64,000 bases of DNA from NCBI RefSeq assembly GCF_009834535.1, contig NC_045697.1, forward strand, positions 4,838,001 to 4,902,000, read 5' to 3'. Each line of letters starts with the position of its first letter. The first letter of the stretch is position 1. The notes under the pieces are model-generated. The model was not told the DNA's origin, ran no database searches, and saw only the letters and a list, made by a program, of their open reading frames with translations. Source of the stretch: Camelus ferus (taxonomy: Eukaryota). A program made the position numbers and the translations under genes. This document shows, in pieces, positions 1 through 13,095 of the stretch.

Positions 1-413
1 AATTAAAATTCACTGCACTGTCCGAGAGGGCGAAGGAAGGACAGGCGGGTGGGGGGGGGGCGGCTGCTTCCTGGTGGGGAGTAATAAATGTTTCCAATGA
101 TAGTAAGTGGTAGGAGCAGGGGATCACCAACATATTTCATAGCTAAAAGTTTGTTTTCTTCCAATACTTGGAAATGAATAATAAAGTGAAAGGACTTGAT
201 TTGTGTGATCAGCACCCAGGTATTTAATTTGCAAGAAGGCCATGCCCCATCACCTTCTGACCTGCGTCGTTAGTGCTGTAAAATAGGAAAGTGTTGGTCA
301 TCCCTGCTTTGTTTTAGACTCAAGAAGTGATGACCTTTGAGAAGCACATCTTCCTTTCTCCCAATGTTTTATGAAATTATTCTCAGCCGCTGCCATTTGC
401 TGGTTTTGGGCTG

Positions 414-1025
414 TGAACGTGGTTCAGGAAAAAGGGGGCTGAGAGGATGGCTGTGTCCCAGGTGTCCCAGGTTTCCCAGGCGAGTCCCTGGGACCACTGC
501 GTCCAGCCAAGTGAGTTCCTTGGCTTCTCGCAGGGAAGAACTCAAGAGCAAGCCAGAGCAGAGTGAAGGCAGATTGATTCGGAGAGATGCATACTCCACA
601 GACCAAGTGTAGGCCCTCTCAGAAGGCCAGAGAGGCCACGAGGCGTGGGGGTAGGTGTTTGGTTTAAAGTGAAAGTAAATACACCGTCCATAGACAGAGT
701 GAGGGCCATCTCAAAAGGAGGGAGAAAGGCCCGAGGAGGTGTGAGGTTGTTGGTGTTTATGAGCGTGGTTATTTCATATCCTAGCAAGGGGGAGGGTTAT
801 TCCAGCTGCTTTGGGGAAGGGGCTGGGATTCCTAGGAATTGACCCTTATGGTCAGCCTCTGAGCCGTCCTGGCACCTGTGGGAGGGCCATTTGGCAGCTA
901 CTATATTACAATGAGCCTATAATGAAGCTCAAGGTCTCCTGGGAGTGGAATCGTCCGCCATCTTGGTGCTAATGGCTGTGTCATTCTTTTAATCCTTGTG
1001 CCCTGCCCCCTGCCCTCCTATCTCA
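414..1025 (-). mobile_element. ERV1 solo LTR, MER41-like
   Basis: The reverse complement begins TGAGATAGGAGG and contains CCAAGATGGCG, as in recalled MER41-family LTRs. It is homologous to the copies at 44339 and 47105. The left boundary is approximate and no TSD was found. Confidence 0.75.
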
Positions 1026-2222
1026 AATGCGATAAGGATATTAAGCTTCACCAAGATTTTATCCTTGCAAATCACTTAGTAGCTCTGGCTGGAATTTTGT
1101 ATTTATTTCTTCTTGGGAACCAATTGTATTTTGCCTGAAGAGTGTTGCACAATGATTACCATGCATGATCTGAAAGCCCCCAGCTGGAGAGCTAAGGGTC
1201 CTCCTCCCTTCCCCTCTGCCAGCTCCTCCCTACCCCCCGCCTCATCCCAACACTCAGTATTTATTGAAAACCAGCTCTGTTTCAGGCACTGTGGTTGGAT
1301 GCTCATTTGGGGACTGGGTGATGGTTTGAAAAATTGTAGCACTGTCAATTACTTTTAATCTTTCCATCTTGACTTATGTCAGGTGTAGAAGCTCCTAGAA
1401 AGAACCTGTCATTCAGAGTGTCAGGAGCTTGGGACTCTGTGATAATCTCCCCACCAAAAATAGCACTTTTCTCTAGAAAATAATGGATCCCATTTGTAAT
1501 TCTTCCATTAGGTTTAGCTGGGATTCTAAACATACCATTTGGTGATTTGATTGTCACCTCATTTCCGAGACCCATCAGAGCCGCTGCTCTGCCCTGTCTT
1601 GCTGATTTATTTTTGACAGAGCATTTCCTTGGTTTGCCAGGTTGTCTGTCTTTTACATCGTTTATTCATGGGCTGCCTCTTATGGACAGGATTTGAGGAA
1701 GGAATATTTCCTTTGATTTCTGTCAGACTCCCTCCCTGTTGCCCTAATGGAAGCGGCTCAAGCCCCAGGCGTTGGGGGAAGGAGGGAGGAGCAACAGGGC
1801 ACTGGCTGGTCCCGGAAGCTTCTGGAGGCACGGGATGCTGCAGGGTTTTAGCTCCGGTCTTGCTCTGGCCCTCACGCCCGCCAAGTATGTCACGCCGGCC
1901 ATCTTATTTCATTCTCTCAGCAAGTTTCCCAAGGAAGCTGGTGTTCAGGAAGGTTCATTGGTTTTGCCTGAGGTCGTACAAGTGGTCATGGACTTGGGTC
2001 CAGGCCTGAGTGCTTTCAAACAACTTTTTAAAGATTGAGCTTAGATTTTCCTAGAGAGGGAAAGAAAAATAAGAAAGTCCAGCCTGTGTTTACTTTCTCT
2101 GTGATTAAAGGTGGGCTCATTGCTGTCTTTTGATGCTACCAACATCGCCTTGTAAACGGCCTCAGAATTATGTTTTGTACAAGGTGGGTGTTCAAAGAGT
2201 ATTTGTAACATTGAGGCTTTTG

Positions 2223-2356
2223 TTTGTTTATTTTGGGGGGAAGGTAATTAGATTTATTTATTTAATTATTTTTTTAAATGGCAGTGCTGGAAATCGAACC
2301 CAGGACCTTGTGCATGCTGAGCACGCACTCTACCACTTGAACTATACCTTCCCCCC
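2223..2356 (-). mobile_element. tRNA-derived SINE (camelid Vic-1-like)
   Basis: tRNA-like head on the minus strand with an A-rich tail. Flanking duplication TGAGGCTTTTG at 2212-2222 and 2361-2371. Confidence 0.85.
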
Positions 2357-2381
2357 GAACTGAGGCTTTTGCATTCTTGTC

Positions 2382-3601
2382 CGGGTACACCTAGGAGATA
2401 GTGTAGGCTTGCTTCCAGCCACCACAGTGCAGTGAGTCACATGAATTTTTTGGTTTCTCAGTGCATGTAAAAGTTATGTTCATATTATACTGTAGTCTGT
2501 TAATTGGACAGTGGCATTGTATCTAAGAAAACAACATTTATACCTTAAAAATAATTCACTGCTAAATATACTTTTTCTTTAAATTGAAGTGGAGTTGATT
2601 TACAATATTGTGTTAGTTTCTGGTATACATCATAGTGATTCAGTTGTATATATATATTTATATATTTTTTTTTTTCAGACTCTTTTCCCTAATGGTTTAT
2701 TACAGGATATTGAGTATAGTTCCCTGTGCTCTACAGTAGGGCCTTGTTGTCTATCTATTTTATATACAGTAGTTTGTATCTGCTAATCCCAGTCTCCTAA
2801 TTTATCCCTCCTGCCCTTTCCCCTTTGGTAACCATAAGTTTGTTTTCTGTGCCTGTGAGTCTGTTGCTGTTTCATAAATAAGGTTTTTTGTGGGCTTTTC
2901 TTAGATTCCACATATAAGTGATATCATATGATATTTGTATTTCTCTGACTTACTTTGCTTTGAATGATAATCTCTGGGTCCATCCATGTTGCTGCAAATG
3001 ACATTATTTCATTCTTTTTTATGGCTGAGTAGTATTCCATTGTGTATCTATACAGACCATAATTTCTTTATTCAGCCATCCGTTGATGGACATTTAGGTG
3101 GCTTCCATGTCTTGGCTCTTGTAAATAATGCTGCTATGAAGATAAAAAATGCTTTTGATTTAAAGTGAGAAATGTGTAACTCTTCCTCTCACTTGAACAT
3201 GTAAAGGCCACTTTGGGGTTATTAATTGGCCTCATTTCAGTGTTGTGTCTCAGGAAATAGAGAGGCTGGAGGAGAGGGAGCAGGTAGGACACACAGCATT
3301 TATCGGTTAAGTTTGCTGTCTTGTATGGGCACCGTTTGTGGCACCTGAAAACAGTTATAATAGTATCATCAGAGGTCACTGATGACAGAGCATCATAACA
3401 ATTATAATAATAATGAAAAAATTTGACAGATTGTGAAAATTACCAAAGTGTGACGCAGAGGCAGGAAATGAGCAAATGCTGGTGGGAAAATGGCGCTGAG
3501 CGACTTGCCCGACGCAGGGCTGCCATAGACCTTCAGTTTGTTAAAAACACAGGCTCTGTGAAGCTTGGTCAAGCAAAGCAAAATAAAACGAGGTCTGTCT
3601 A
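2382..3601 (-). mobile_element. Internally deleted Tigger1-type (TcMar) DNA transposon, interrupted by an L1 fragment
   Basis: Both ends resemble the recalled Tigger1 termini (cgggtacacctaggagata... and ...aaataaaacgaggtctgtcta). The internal segments are Tigger1-like. Confidence 0.75.
2571..3140 (-). mobile_element. L1 3' end fragment nested in Tigger1
   Basis: A T-rich start is followed by typical reverse L1 3'UTR/ORF2-end text (ttagattccacatataagtgatatcata...atggctgagtagtattccattgtg). Confidence 0.85.
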
Positions 3602-6600
3602 TATTGAGTAGTTTTTTTACAGACCCACCATATAATATATTTTTTCCAACTTCTGTTGGTTAATTTGATAGCAAAGATTAGGAGAAGGTGCACTGTTACT
3701 CAAACTGGACCCCCTGGGATCCAGGTCTGTCCGACATCCATCCTGCAGGCTTCATATGTGTGTGTGGAATCAAGGAATGAATGAGGGAGACTCATCAGGA
3801 CCTGCCGATGGTTTGGGAGTTGGGTATGAGGGAAAAAAGCCATTAGGGATGGTGCCTACATTTCAGCCTGAGCAACGGGGAGAATGTGGCGTGAATTCCC
3901 AAGATGATTGCGTTTTGAGGAACAGATTAGAAGTTAGTTTTGGGCCTGGTGACTAAAATATGCCTTTGAGACACCAGCATGGAGGGGTAAAGCAGGCAGG
4001 CAGATGTGCAGGTCTGTTATCAGGTGAAATCTGGGCTGGAGATGCTGAGCAAGGCAGGGGTTGGTGCGGGAGCCCAGCTCTTCTGACACCAAGGCTGGTG
4101 TCCCCGGTGCTTCCTCGTTGTCTGCAGACCATTTGATGGAGATTCTTCTTGGACTGAGCAACGGGAGGGAGAGGGGTCCCGTCCAAGTGGGGGCGGCCTT
4201 GCTGTGACTGGGGCAGCTCGCCCGCTTCCCTCAGAGTGAGTGGGGTGAGGGGGCGGCCGGCAGGGGCAGGGGCTCGGGAAATACTTGTGGCCTTGAATAG
4301 TTTCACCTGGGGACCTGGTGCTGCGTGTTGCGCTGGGGACTCGTGGGGCGGTGGCGGGTTTGGGAGGCCAGTAAATAACTCCCGGCTCTTTTCTCCCCCA
4401 ATTCTGAGTGACTCTGAGGAGGCCCTTACCTCCCCCTCCCTCTCTTCCGTCTTCCCTTTCTCTTCTTTCATTGTTCCCTTTCTGTATTGACTACGCACCT
4501 GCTATGTGTCAAGGACCCTGCGACACCGTGGGGACACAAACGAGAGTCCCGCAGTGCCCTTGTCCCTGGGCCTCCACGGGCCCTCACCACGTGGTTTTGC
4601 GACGCTCAGGTTGTGAGTCTGTTTCCACGTCAGACCGTGAGCCCTGGGGCAGGGGCGGGTCTGGCAGCACTAGGTGAGCGTCTGTGTCCGTCTTGCGAAC
4701 GGACGAGCGGGTGAAACTAGAGCTGGGTGTTGGAGGGTCACAGGGACATTGTCGGGAAGTGGGTGGATGGGGGTGTTCTCGGCAGGGGAGCGATGTGTGT
4801 GGGTGTGGGTGTGAGAGGGAGTGTGATGGCCTCACCAGGCGTGGAGAGACTTCAGGAGGCTGGACACACAGGAAGGAGTTGGGGAAGAGGCTCATGGGCC
4901 CTCCCTTCCCTCCTGACCCCAGCCCCCCGCACGGCTAACTCATGTCTAGGCTGTTCCCAGATTTCTGGGAGGATCAAGTTCACCTCGAGCACCAAATGGC
5001 CAAGCATCGTGCTATACAGGCCACCTGAGCAGCCTCACCCCTGTGCGTCGCTGCTGGGTTCCACCAGTGCCTGTCAAGCTGGTGCAGGGTTTTTATGATG
5101 GACACAAGGAGACAGCTGCCAAGCAGTGCAGAGTGGCGATAACGCCAGTCTGGTTTCCATGGCAGCCCGCACTCATCTTCTCAGCAAGGTGAGGGTTTGT
5201 TGGAGAAGTTCTGTGTCCAACAAATGCCTTCTGTCAGCAAGTGTTTACCGAGCTCCCACTGAGTACTTGGCGCCGTGCTGGGTGAGATGCTGGAGAGGAA
5301 GCCAAGCAAAGCGAGGACCCAAGATGCCCACGGTCTGCTGGGAGGAACAGCTCTCACTCAGCGCAGTGAGATGGTGCAGGTGGGATGATCACGGAACAGC
5401 ACCCCCACTGAGTGGTCCCACGCCCACCATAGCGCCCTCTGTGTTTGGGTGACTTATAGTGGTCCATTTAACCTTCACAGGATGTGACGGCCATGCTCAC
5501 TGACCCAGCGCCTCACCTTCCCCACACAACCTTCCAGACCACAAGGTTCAGGCATCCTCTTAGGAATTTCTTAGACATAAAAGGAATCATCTCAACAGTT
5601 GGATGTATCAGAGGGGTCTGTAAAGAGCTCCCATCTCCCCCCACCGAGTTCTGAGCCAGCTGGCAAATCAGACATACATCAGGCATCTTCTCCAGACCAG
5701 CCTGAAAAGTCACCCATCACGTTTGTTACTTAGAGAAGCCAGGCTGGAGGGTGTGGCCTTATCTGGAGGCATAACCAGCCCCAGAGTTGGACACGGCGGG
5801 CCTCTTCCTGACACTGACTACAGGGAATCCCTGCTCCAGGTCTGAGGTCCCTCCCCCAGTCCTCCATCACTCCCACTCCCGGAGCCTCCACTCAGGAAGG
5901 GCCATCAACAGAGGGAAGATGCATGTGGTCCCTCCCCAGCCCTGGCCACTGAGATCAGTCAGCGTCAGTGATGGACACCAGTCACAAACAGGAAGTAATA
6001 TGTGCGTGCTGGCAGGTGAGCTGGGCCAGCTGCTCTGGGGGTGATGGTGCTTCTCGCAGACTTTTTGGGCCCTGTCTTGGGGTACCGTCTTGACGTCACT
6101 GTACACATTGGTCTGGCACCAGCCACAGAGAGCAGCCAGAAGAGGGTTGTCAGAAGCAGCCCAGAGACTCATTCTGTCCCAGACTCTCAGAATGCCCATG
6201 TTTGCTGTTTTTTTTTTCTGTTTCTTGACTCAATTTTCTGAATAGTAAATAGTCTACATGGCAAAGAATTAGAATGACATAAAAGTGGCATAAAAGGCCA
6301 TACCGTGGAAATCACGTTGTCTTCTCATCGCCTGGGGTTGTCATCCCCGAAGGCAAAGGCAGTCCATCACCCATGTCGTGTATCCTTTGGAGATCATCTC
6401 TGCCCATAAGCAAGTTTACACGTAGGCTCCTTTATTAGAATGCAACATGACGGCTACTTCACTCACTGTTTGCTCCCTTCCCTCCCACTGTGCTACCGTC
6501 CTGGAGATGGTTGAACATCTTTACCTACAGGACTACCTTGCTCTTTTAAGTGGCTGCCTAACATTCTAGTAACACTGATGATAACTGCAGTTTTTGAGAG

Positions 6601-8397
6601 CTTAATGTAAGTGAGACACTGCTCTGATTGTTTTATCTACATTAACATATTTGCTCCTCAAAGCAGCCTCTGAGTTAAGTGCTATTTATATGCAAGGAAA
6701 CTAAAGCAGAGAACTTGTCACTTGCCCGGGGGTCACAAGGCAAGCGGTGGGGGGCCGACAGGATGTGAGTTCAGGGCCCAGAGCCTCCACCACCGTGCTG
6801 CACAGCCCCTCACTGGAGGGGATGGGTCGTGTCCAGCCCTTTGTCCCCTCGGACGATGGTGCTGCAGGGCTTATCTGGGCCCATTATGCTCATGTGGGAG
6901 GTCATCCGTAGCATGAATTCTTCCAAGTCGCATTGCTGCATTAATGTGTATTTTAAAAAGTTTTTGCCCGCTGCAGAGGCCGGACACCCCCAGTGCACGG
7001 GAGCCTCTCTTGCCCACGCCCTGGTCGTGCGGACTGCTGATCTTTCTGCCTGCGTCAGTCTGATGGGAAACCGCGGCCCCTCCCTGGAGCTTTCTTTCTG
7101 CCCTTTTCTTCTAATGTGTGTCTGACAGCTTCTCCTGTGTTGAAGAGGCAACTGTGGTTCCTTGTCTGGTTGGCAGAGGAGGTGGCCGGGCTGAGCGCTG
7201 GACCGCTTGTGTTGCAACGCTCTCCCCCAGGGCTTGGCTCTGTTGCTTCATCATCTGGTGACCTTGACCGCCCCCGCCCCTCCCCGTGCCTCGGTGTCCT
7301 CATCTGAACGTGGAGATGACGCCGGTGCCCAGCCCCCGGGAGGCGAGATTTCACGAGCTCACACGCCCGGGCCTGAGAACAGGGGTGCTGGCTCGTCGTG
7401 AGTGTTTCACCCACTTCCGGTCACTTTAGCTCTTGACTCTCTTCTGCCCTTTGAGCCCCATGGTTTCTTTCCGTGGCTCAGCTTCCTGGATTTTGCAGAA
7501 ATGGACAGCAGTTCCTCAGTGACTCCCGACTCCTTATTCCTTGCTTGGCCCATGCAGGTGTTCAGTCCACAGTAGGTGACGAGGGGCTGGAAAGGCGACT
7601 GGGAGCCCAGCAGGCCGGGTCCTGCCCCTGGGGTTTATATCCTAGTAAGGGAGAGGGGCGTTCATCAGAGAATCCCATGGAAAAATATGTGATTACATAC
7701 CGGGCTGAGCACCCTGAAGCTGCGTCTCCTTGCCCTGAGCACAGTTTCTGCCCTGTAATCAGCGCCCGTCCCAGGAAGTGGAGAAGTGATCCCCAGTGCT
7801 CAGTCGGCGTCAGAGACCAGCACCGTGGATCAGCACCGTGACTGTGTCCAGTGCACATAAGGCAAAGAGGACAGAAGTCAAAAGTCTTCAACTCTCTGCA
7901 GGTGTGATGATAAAAAGCCCAGAAGTTCATTCACCCCCTGAAACAGTGATGGCTGCTCTCGTGAGGAGCTGGACTTCCCTTGGGGCTCCCAGGATGATGG
8001 ACCTGGGAGGTGGTCATCCTGAAATGTTGGGTTGTGGTGAAGGTTAAACAGGAAATGAAGGGAACATTTTATTTGTACGCATCAGTGAGTGGAGGAGAGA
8101 CCTTTTTTGGTTATGTAATAGTACACCCTTGTAAACCGGGGGGAAGAACAGACATGGGATGAAAACCATTTTCACAAATTGCTTATCATCTGTTAGCTAA
8201 CTCCAAGTATAGTGTGATTCCTACTTTCCTGGGAGAACCAAATCTTAGACTCTTAATGCTACAAAGGCTCTTAGAGGTCATCTGGTCTAAATTCAGGGCC
8301 AGAGAATTATTCTCTCTAACACACACAATAAGTGGTCAACCCATTTCTACTCGGATATCTCATTGACAGTGAGGGATTTCCATTCTTGGGAGATTGC

Positions 8398-8835
8398 TGT
8401 TATGGCTTGAGTTTTGTACCCCTCCTAAAGATATGCTGAAGTCCTGTCCTGAGTACCAGGGAATGTGACTTTACTGGGAAATAGAATCTTGGCAGATGTA
8501 ATTAAGTTAAGATGAAGTCATTCAGATGGGCCTTCACCCAGCATGACTGATGTCCTTGTAAGAAGAGGGCAATTTGGACACAGACAGACATCACATGAAG
8601 ACAGAGGCACAGGCTGAAGTGATGCATCTACAAGCCAAGGGAGGCCAAGGGTTGCCGGCAGCACCAGAAGCCAAGAGAGGTATGGAGTGGATTCTCCCTC
8701 CTGGTCCTCAGAAGGAACCAACCCTGTGGACACCTTGATTTTAGACTTCTGGCCTCCAGAACTGGGAGAGAAGAAATTTCTGTTGTTTTAAGCCACCCAG
8801 GTGGTGGTACTTTGTCAAGGCAGGCCTCAGAATTC
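8398..8835 (+). mobile_element. MaLR LTR (MLT1-type)
   Basis: Starts TGTTATGG. Contains MLT1 hallmarks gcagatgtaattaagttaagatga and ttttagacttctggcctccagaactg...tttctgttgttttaagccacc. Confidence 0.85.
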
Positions 8836-10261
8836 CTTCTGAGGAATTCCCATTCCTTCTGAAGCTAAGTGAGTAGTCCTGGGAAGATGCATTTTAATAT
8901 GACTTGGAGTCATTCTGGTCATTCTGATGCCTAATAGTTTGAGAACTTCTGCTGGAGACCAGTGTGCCCAAATCGTGCGTCCTCTAGTTGGTTCTGGGCT
9001 GACTCACAAAGTCACAAAGGTTGTGTGAAACTGCAAACCCTCCAGCCTTCTGTCTCTGGACCGTTCGTCTGCAGCTCTAAGCCTTCACCAGCGGAAGGAT
9101 GCTCTTGAGAGCCTTAATCCCCCGGCACTGCTTCCTGCCTCTTGCGTGGCCCAAAACCTTGATCCAGAGCCCTGGCCTCCAGAGCTGCGACACTACATTT
9201 CTGTGGTCCTGAGCCATCCGGTTTGTGACACTTTGTTACATTAGCTCCAGGAAACCAGTACCTCGTCCATCTCCATGTGGGCAGCTTGTTGTCCTTGAAA
9301 GGTCCTCCTCATCTTTAACCAGGAATCCTCATTCATAGTCCCCCGTGTGCAGGCAAATGGCCAGGTGAATTGTGGGCGGCATCCTGACACTTCCTCTCCT
9401 CGGGGTCTCTCATCTCTCTGTCCTGGGGTTCCCATTTTCTGTCTCACCAGCACCACACAAGTCCAGCCATCACCATGTCTCCACTGGCCACCTGTGCTCA
9501 CCTCACGTCCATCCCTGACCCTCGGTCCTCTCTCCACACACCAGCCAGAGGGCTTCTTAGGGACCCTGACTGGAACACTTGTTGCTGAAGCCCTTTGCCA
9601 GCTTCCTGCTGCTCATGGTAAACCCTGTCATCTGCCCCAGATTGGAGACAGTTCGTGCATGGGCTCACAATTGTCAGACATCTGTAAGATCGTCACGAAG
9701 AAGGTGGTGGAACTTGGGACAATGATGGGAATTTTAGGAAGGTGGCTTTTAGCTGATTATGAAGAAGGCTTTTCAGACAGTCAGACTGTCAGAGCTCACC
9801 CGCTTCCCCCTCAGTGGAGACCCTGCCAGAGAATCAGGTAGCCCCCCCATCACCGTGGGTGTGCAGAGTTGAGGCTGGACGCCCCCCTCTCCGGGCAGGA
9901 AAGATATTGAGGAAACCTGAGCACTGGGTGGAAAGATGACTTAGCTGCCATCCAAGGTTTATCTCATTTCTGAAGTCATCTTTAAATATTCCATCTTATA
10001 GTTTCTTTCCTATTACCTTCATCTAATCTCCAGATGGAGCAAAATCTATCTTTTCAAGTAAGAGTTTTAAATGTAATCCATCTCTAATCCATCTCTTTAT
10101 CTAGCCATTCATCTATCCACATGTTAATGTTTCCTTTGCATTTTCTTTTCTTTGCTGCAAAGAATAACACCAAGGATGACCATGATGGCCACAACCACGG
10201 CAACAGCAGTGTGGAGTGTAATATTTTTGGGGCATCTCTTCTGTGTGTGTTAGTGTGAGAC

Positions 10262-10465
10262 AGTGGGACAGAGTGTAGAGCAATGGCCCTGAAGCCACAT
10301 GTCATGGCTTCAAATCCCACTTCTGCCACCTAATAGCTACGTGACTTTCAACAAGGTACTTTCATTTTTCTGGGTCTCGGTTTCTTCACCTACCTTATGA
10401 AATCATCATGGTAATTACATGGCTTGATGTATATAAAGCTATTAAAACAAAGGCTGTGCATAAAA
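10262..10465 (+). mobile_element. MIR SINE (representative; similar relics near 6590-6790, 24380-24500, 30320-30520, 32090-32200, 40790-40940, 56790-56960, 58060-58220)
   Basis: MIR core-like text ggcttcaaatcccacttctgccacctaatagctacgtgactt...tctcggtttcttcacc. Confidence 0.6.
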
Positions 10466-11814
10466 GTCACTGCTGTGAATCCTCTCAGTGACCTTCATTT
10501 GACATGAGTGATAATATTCTCATTAACCAATTGGGAAACTAGGCTCAGAGACATCAAAAAACTCGCCTGAGTCACCCAAGGCTTGGCTGGGGGAAGCTGA
10601 GATTGGACGTTCAGTTGGTGTGGCTCCAGGCTCATCGCGCCTTCAGATGTCACGAAACACTGTCTTCTTGGGAAATGGCTGTTAGCGTGTGCTTAAAAGG
10701 GAATTGGGAAGAAAGTTCAGGGAGGATCTGAAGTGGGGAGAGGAACTCTCCCTTCTCTTTTTGGTCTATTCCGGAGCTGACTGTCCCATTGGGGTCTGAG
10801 TGGGGTGGGGAGTGGGCAGTGATACGGAAAGGCCAGGGCAGGAGGGGTTAACGAGCCTCCGTCAGCATCTGTGCTCAGGAGCAGCTGAAGCCTGGAGAGA
10901 GAGGGCCCCGTCTGACTCCTAAGCAAAGAGACTTTTAAGAGGAAAAATGTCAGACAAAGATGCAGACTGCTGACCTTGTATCTGACAGTCTATTTGAGTT
11001 TATGCCAGAAAACTCAAGGCCGATCATAATTTCACCTGGATGTTTCATATGTATGTGTATATATATTTAACTCTGATTTAACTTGATTTTGACAGTGGAG
11101 ATACTAAGGAGGTATGTTCCTCTAGATTCCCATGGTCGAGGCCCTCAAATTGACTGGCTATAAATGCGATCTATAGCCCCGCATGGAACCTTGCTGCAGT
11201 AAGAGTCCGTGGAAATGGGCTCCCATGAGGAAGAGTTTCGGTGTCACTAATGTTCGCTTGGCTTGTGTGGGTCTGTTACGCTTACAGCAGCTGACTTGAA
11301 GATGTCGGGTTATAATGTAAAGTGTCCGTGGCCACCGCGTTTCCCTTCGGATTAATTACCCTCCATGTTAGCGCGTCCTCCTTCACATTCAGGGGAACAC
11401 TTACTGCCTTGTGTATCCAGTCCTCTCCTAATTTCATTCTGACACCTTGCTTGCCATGTGGTGAGAACATGATTAATTTTTATATGAAATGAATAAAGGA
11501 AAAGACATGTCTTTCTCTCACTCTCTCTTTTTTTTTTTCGCTCTCTTTTTTATCATCGGTTGCTAATCAAATTATTAATCCATTCTTGGATAATTTAAAC
11601 TGTGCAGTTTCTTTTAGAAAGATGTTGTGCTGGGCAGGCCTACTAATAAATGTTCATGGCTCACGTCTGTGAAGTGCTTCCTCTGGGCCAGCCTTGCTCT
11701 GACTCCTGTGTGAAGTCACACAATGGCAAGAGGGCTGTGGCTTGTACAGGAGGTATCTGCAGCCAAACCGGCCTAAGCAGATACAGTCCTCTCTAAAGTG
11801 CAGCGACGATATTT

Positions 11815-11914
11815 GGGGGGAGGGCACAGCTCAGCGGTAGAGCACGTGCTTAGCAGGCACGAGGGCCTGAGTTCAGTCCCCAGCCCCTCCATTTAAAAAA
11901 TTAAGTAAATAAAT
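11815..11914 (+). mobile_element. tRNA-derived SINE (camelid Vic-1-like)
   Basis: GGGGAGGGCACAGCTCAGCGGTAGAGC (A box) ... GAGTTCAGTCCCC (B box), followed by an A-rich tail. Flanked by an AAAGTGCAG(C/T)GA duplication. Confidence 0.85.
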
Positions 11915-12788
11915 AAAGTGCAGTGAGAAGATGACATTCCTGTGACCGGAAAAAAAGTGAAATGTTCCCTAGGAAAGCAGTGTTTGAATCTTGCAAACGT
12001 GTTGAAATAGTGAAGAAGCTGAAGAATCCGAGTGCAGCTCAGAATGTCTCTGTCTCATAGAGGCTTTAGGGACTGTTTGGAGGGCTGGGAGGTGGGAAAA
12101 TATATGTATTTCATTGTTGTCTAAATAATTAAAAATGCCATAGGGGCAATGAGAATTTCACCAGTGGATGCAATCCTGTATGCAGACTCTGCCTTCTTAA
12201 TATGCATTTTGTTCTTCTGTGGCCATTTGGGAAATTAACAGATGATGGCTTCATTAACTGCATGGTATTTTAATTGGTTTAAAGGGACATTTTCCTTGCT
12301 TTTGTGGCTTTGGAACACCCTTACAGTTTTTATTGGTTGCCGCTTCTGGCAGTTTTATCCATGACAATTAACATTAATACTATTAAAACAGAAAGTACGT
12401 AGGAGCTTGTGTTCCCAGGCACTGCAGCCAGTTTGAGGGGAGAGAGAATAGGAAAGATAAGGAAACACTGTGATCTAGAACCAGCAAAAGCCAGGTTCCA
12501 CGCCGTGCCTTTTCTGCTTCTTCTCCCTTCTAACCCTGAATGACTGCCTGAGAGGATGGCCTGCTTCTATGTGGTGGCAGGGTGGGTGGGGTGGGGGGAC
12601 GACCAAATCCTTTCCTGACAGCCCTTAAGCTGGGAAATGGTTTGACAGCCCAGAACTTACAGAAACTTCCTCCTGTTCATTTCAATCCTCATGTACCCAG
12701 TGAAACACTTGCAGTTTACCCAACAGTCAGCCACATGTTTTCTTATGCAAGTTAATGAATGAATGAAGACTAGAGTGGCCAGGAAGGG

Positions 12789-13095
12789 TGTATGAGTTTT
12801 GTATTCAGCTGTGACAAATGACCACAAACTTGGTGGCTTAAAACAACACAAATTGTATTACCTTACCATTCCAGAGGTCAGAGGCCAACGAAAAGTCAAG
12901 ATGTCAGCTATGGGGAGAACCCATTTCCTGGCTTTTCCAGACCCCTGAGGCTGCCCACATTCCCTGGCTCGTGGTCCCTTACTCCATCTTCAAAGCTGAT
13001 GATCCATCACTCCTGTCCCGCCTCCTTTGTCGCATCTCCCTCGGATTCTCACTCCTCTCCTGCCTCCCTCTTGCACTTTAAAGACCTTGTTATTA
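12789..13095 (-). mobile_element. MaLR LTR (MLT1-type), partial
   Basis: gctgtgacaaatgaccacaaacttggtggcttaaaacaacac... matches the reverse MLT1 3' end. Confidence 0.7.

Noticed and set aside
11815..11890. tRNA-like sequence
   Set aside because: It is a SINE head with an A-rich tail and TSD, and related copies occur at 2223 and 15605. Not a tRNA gene.
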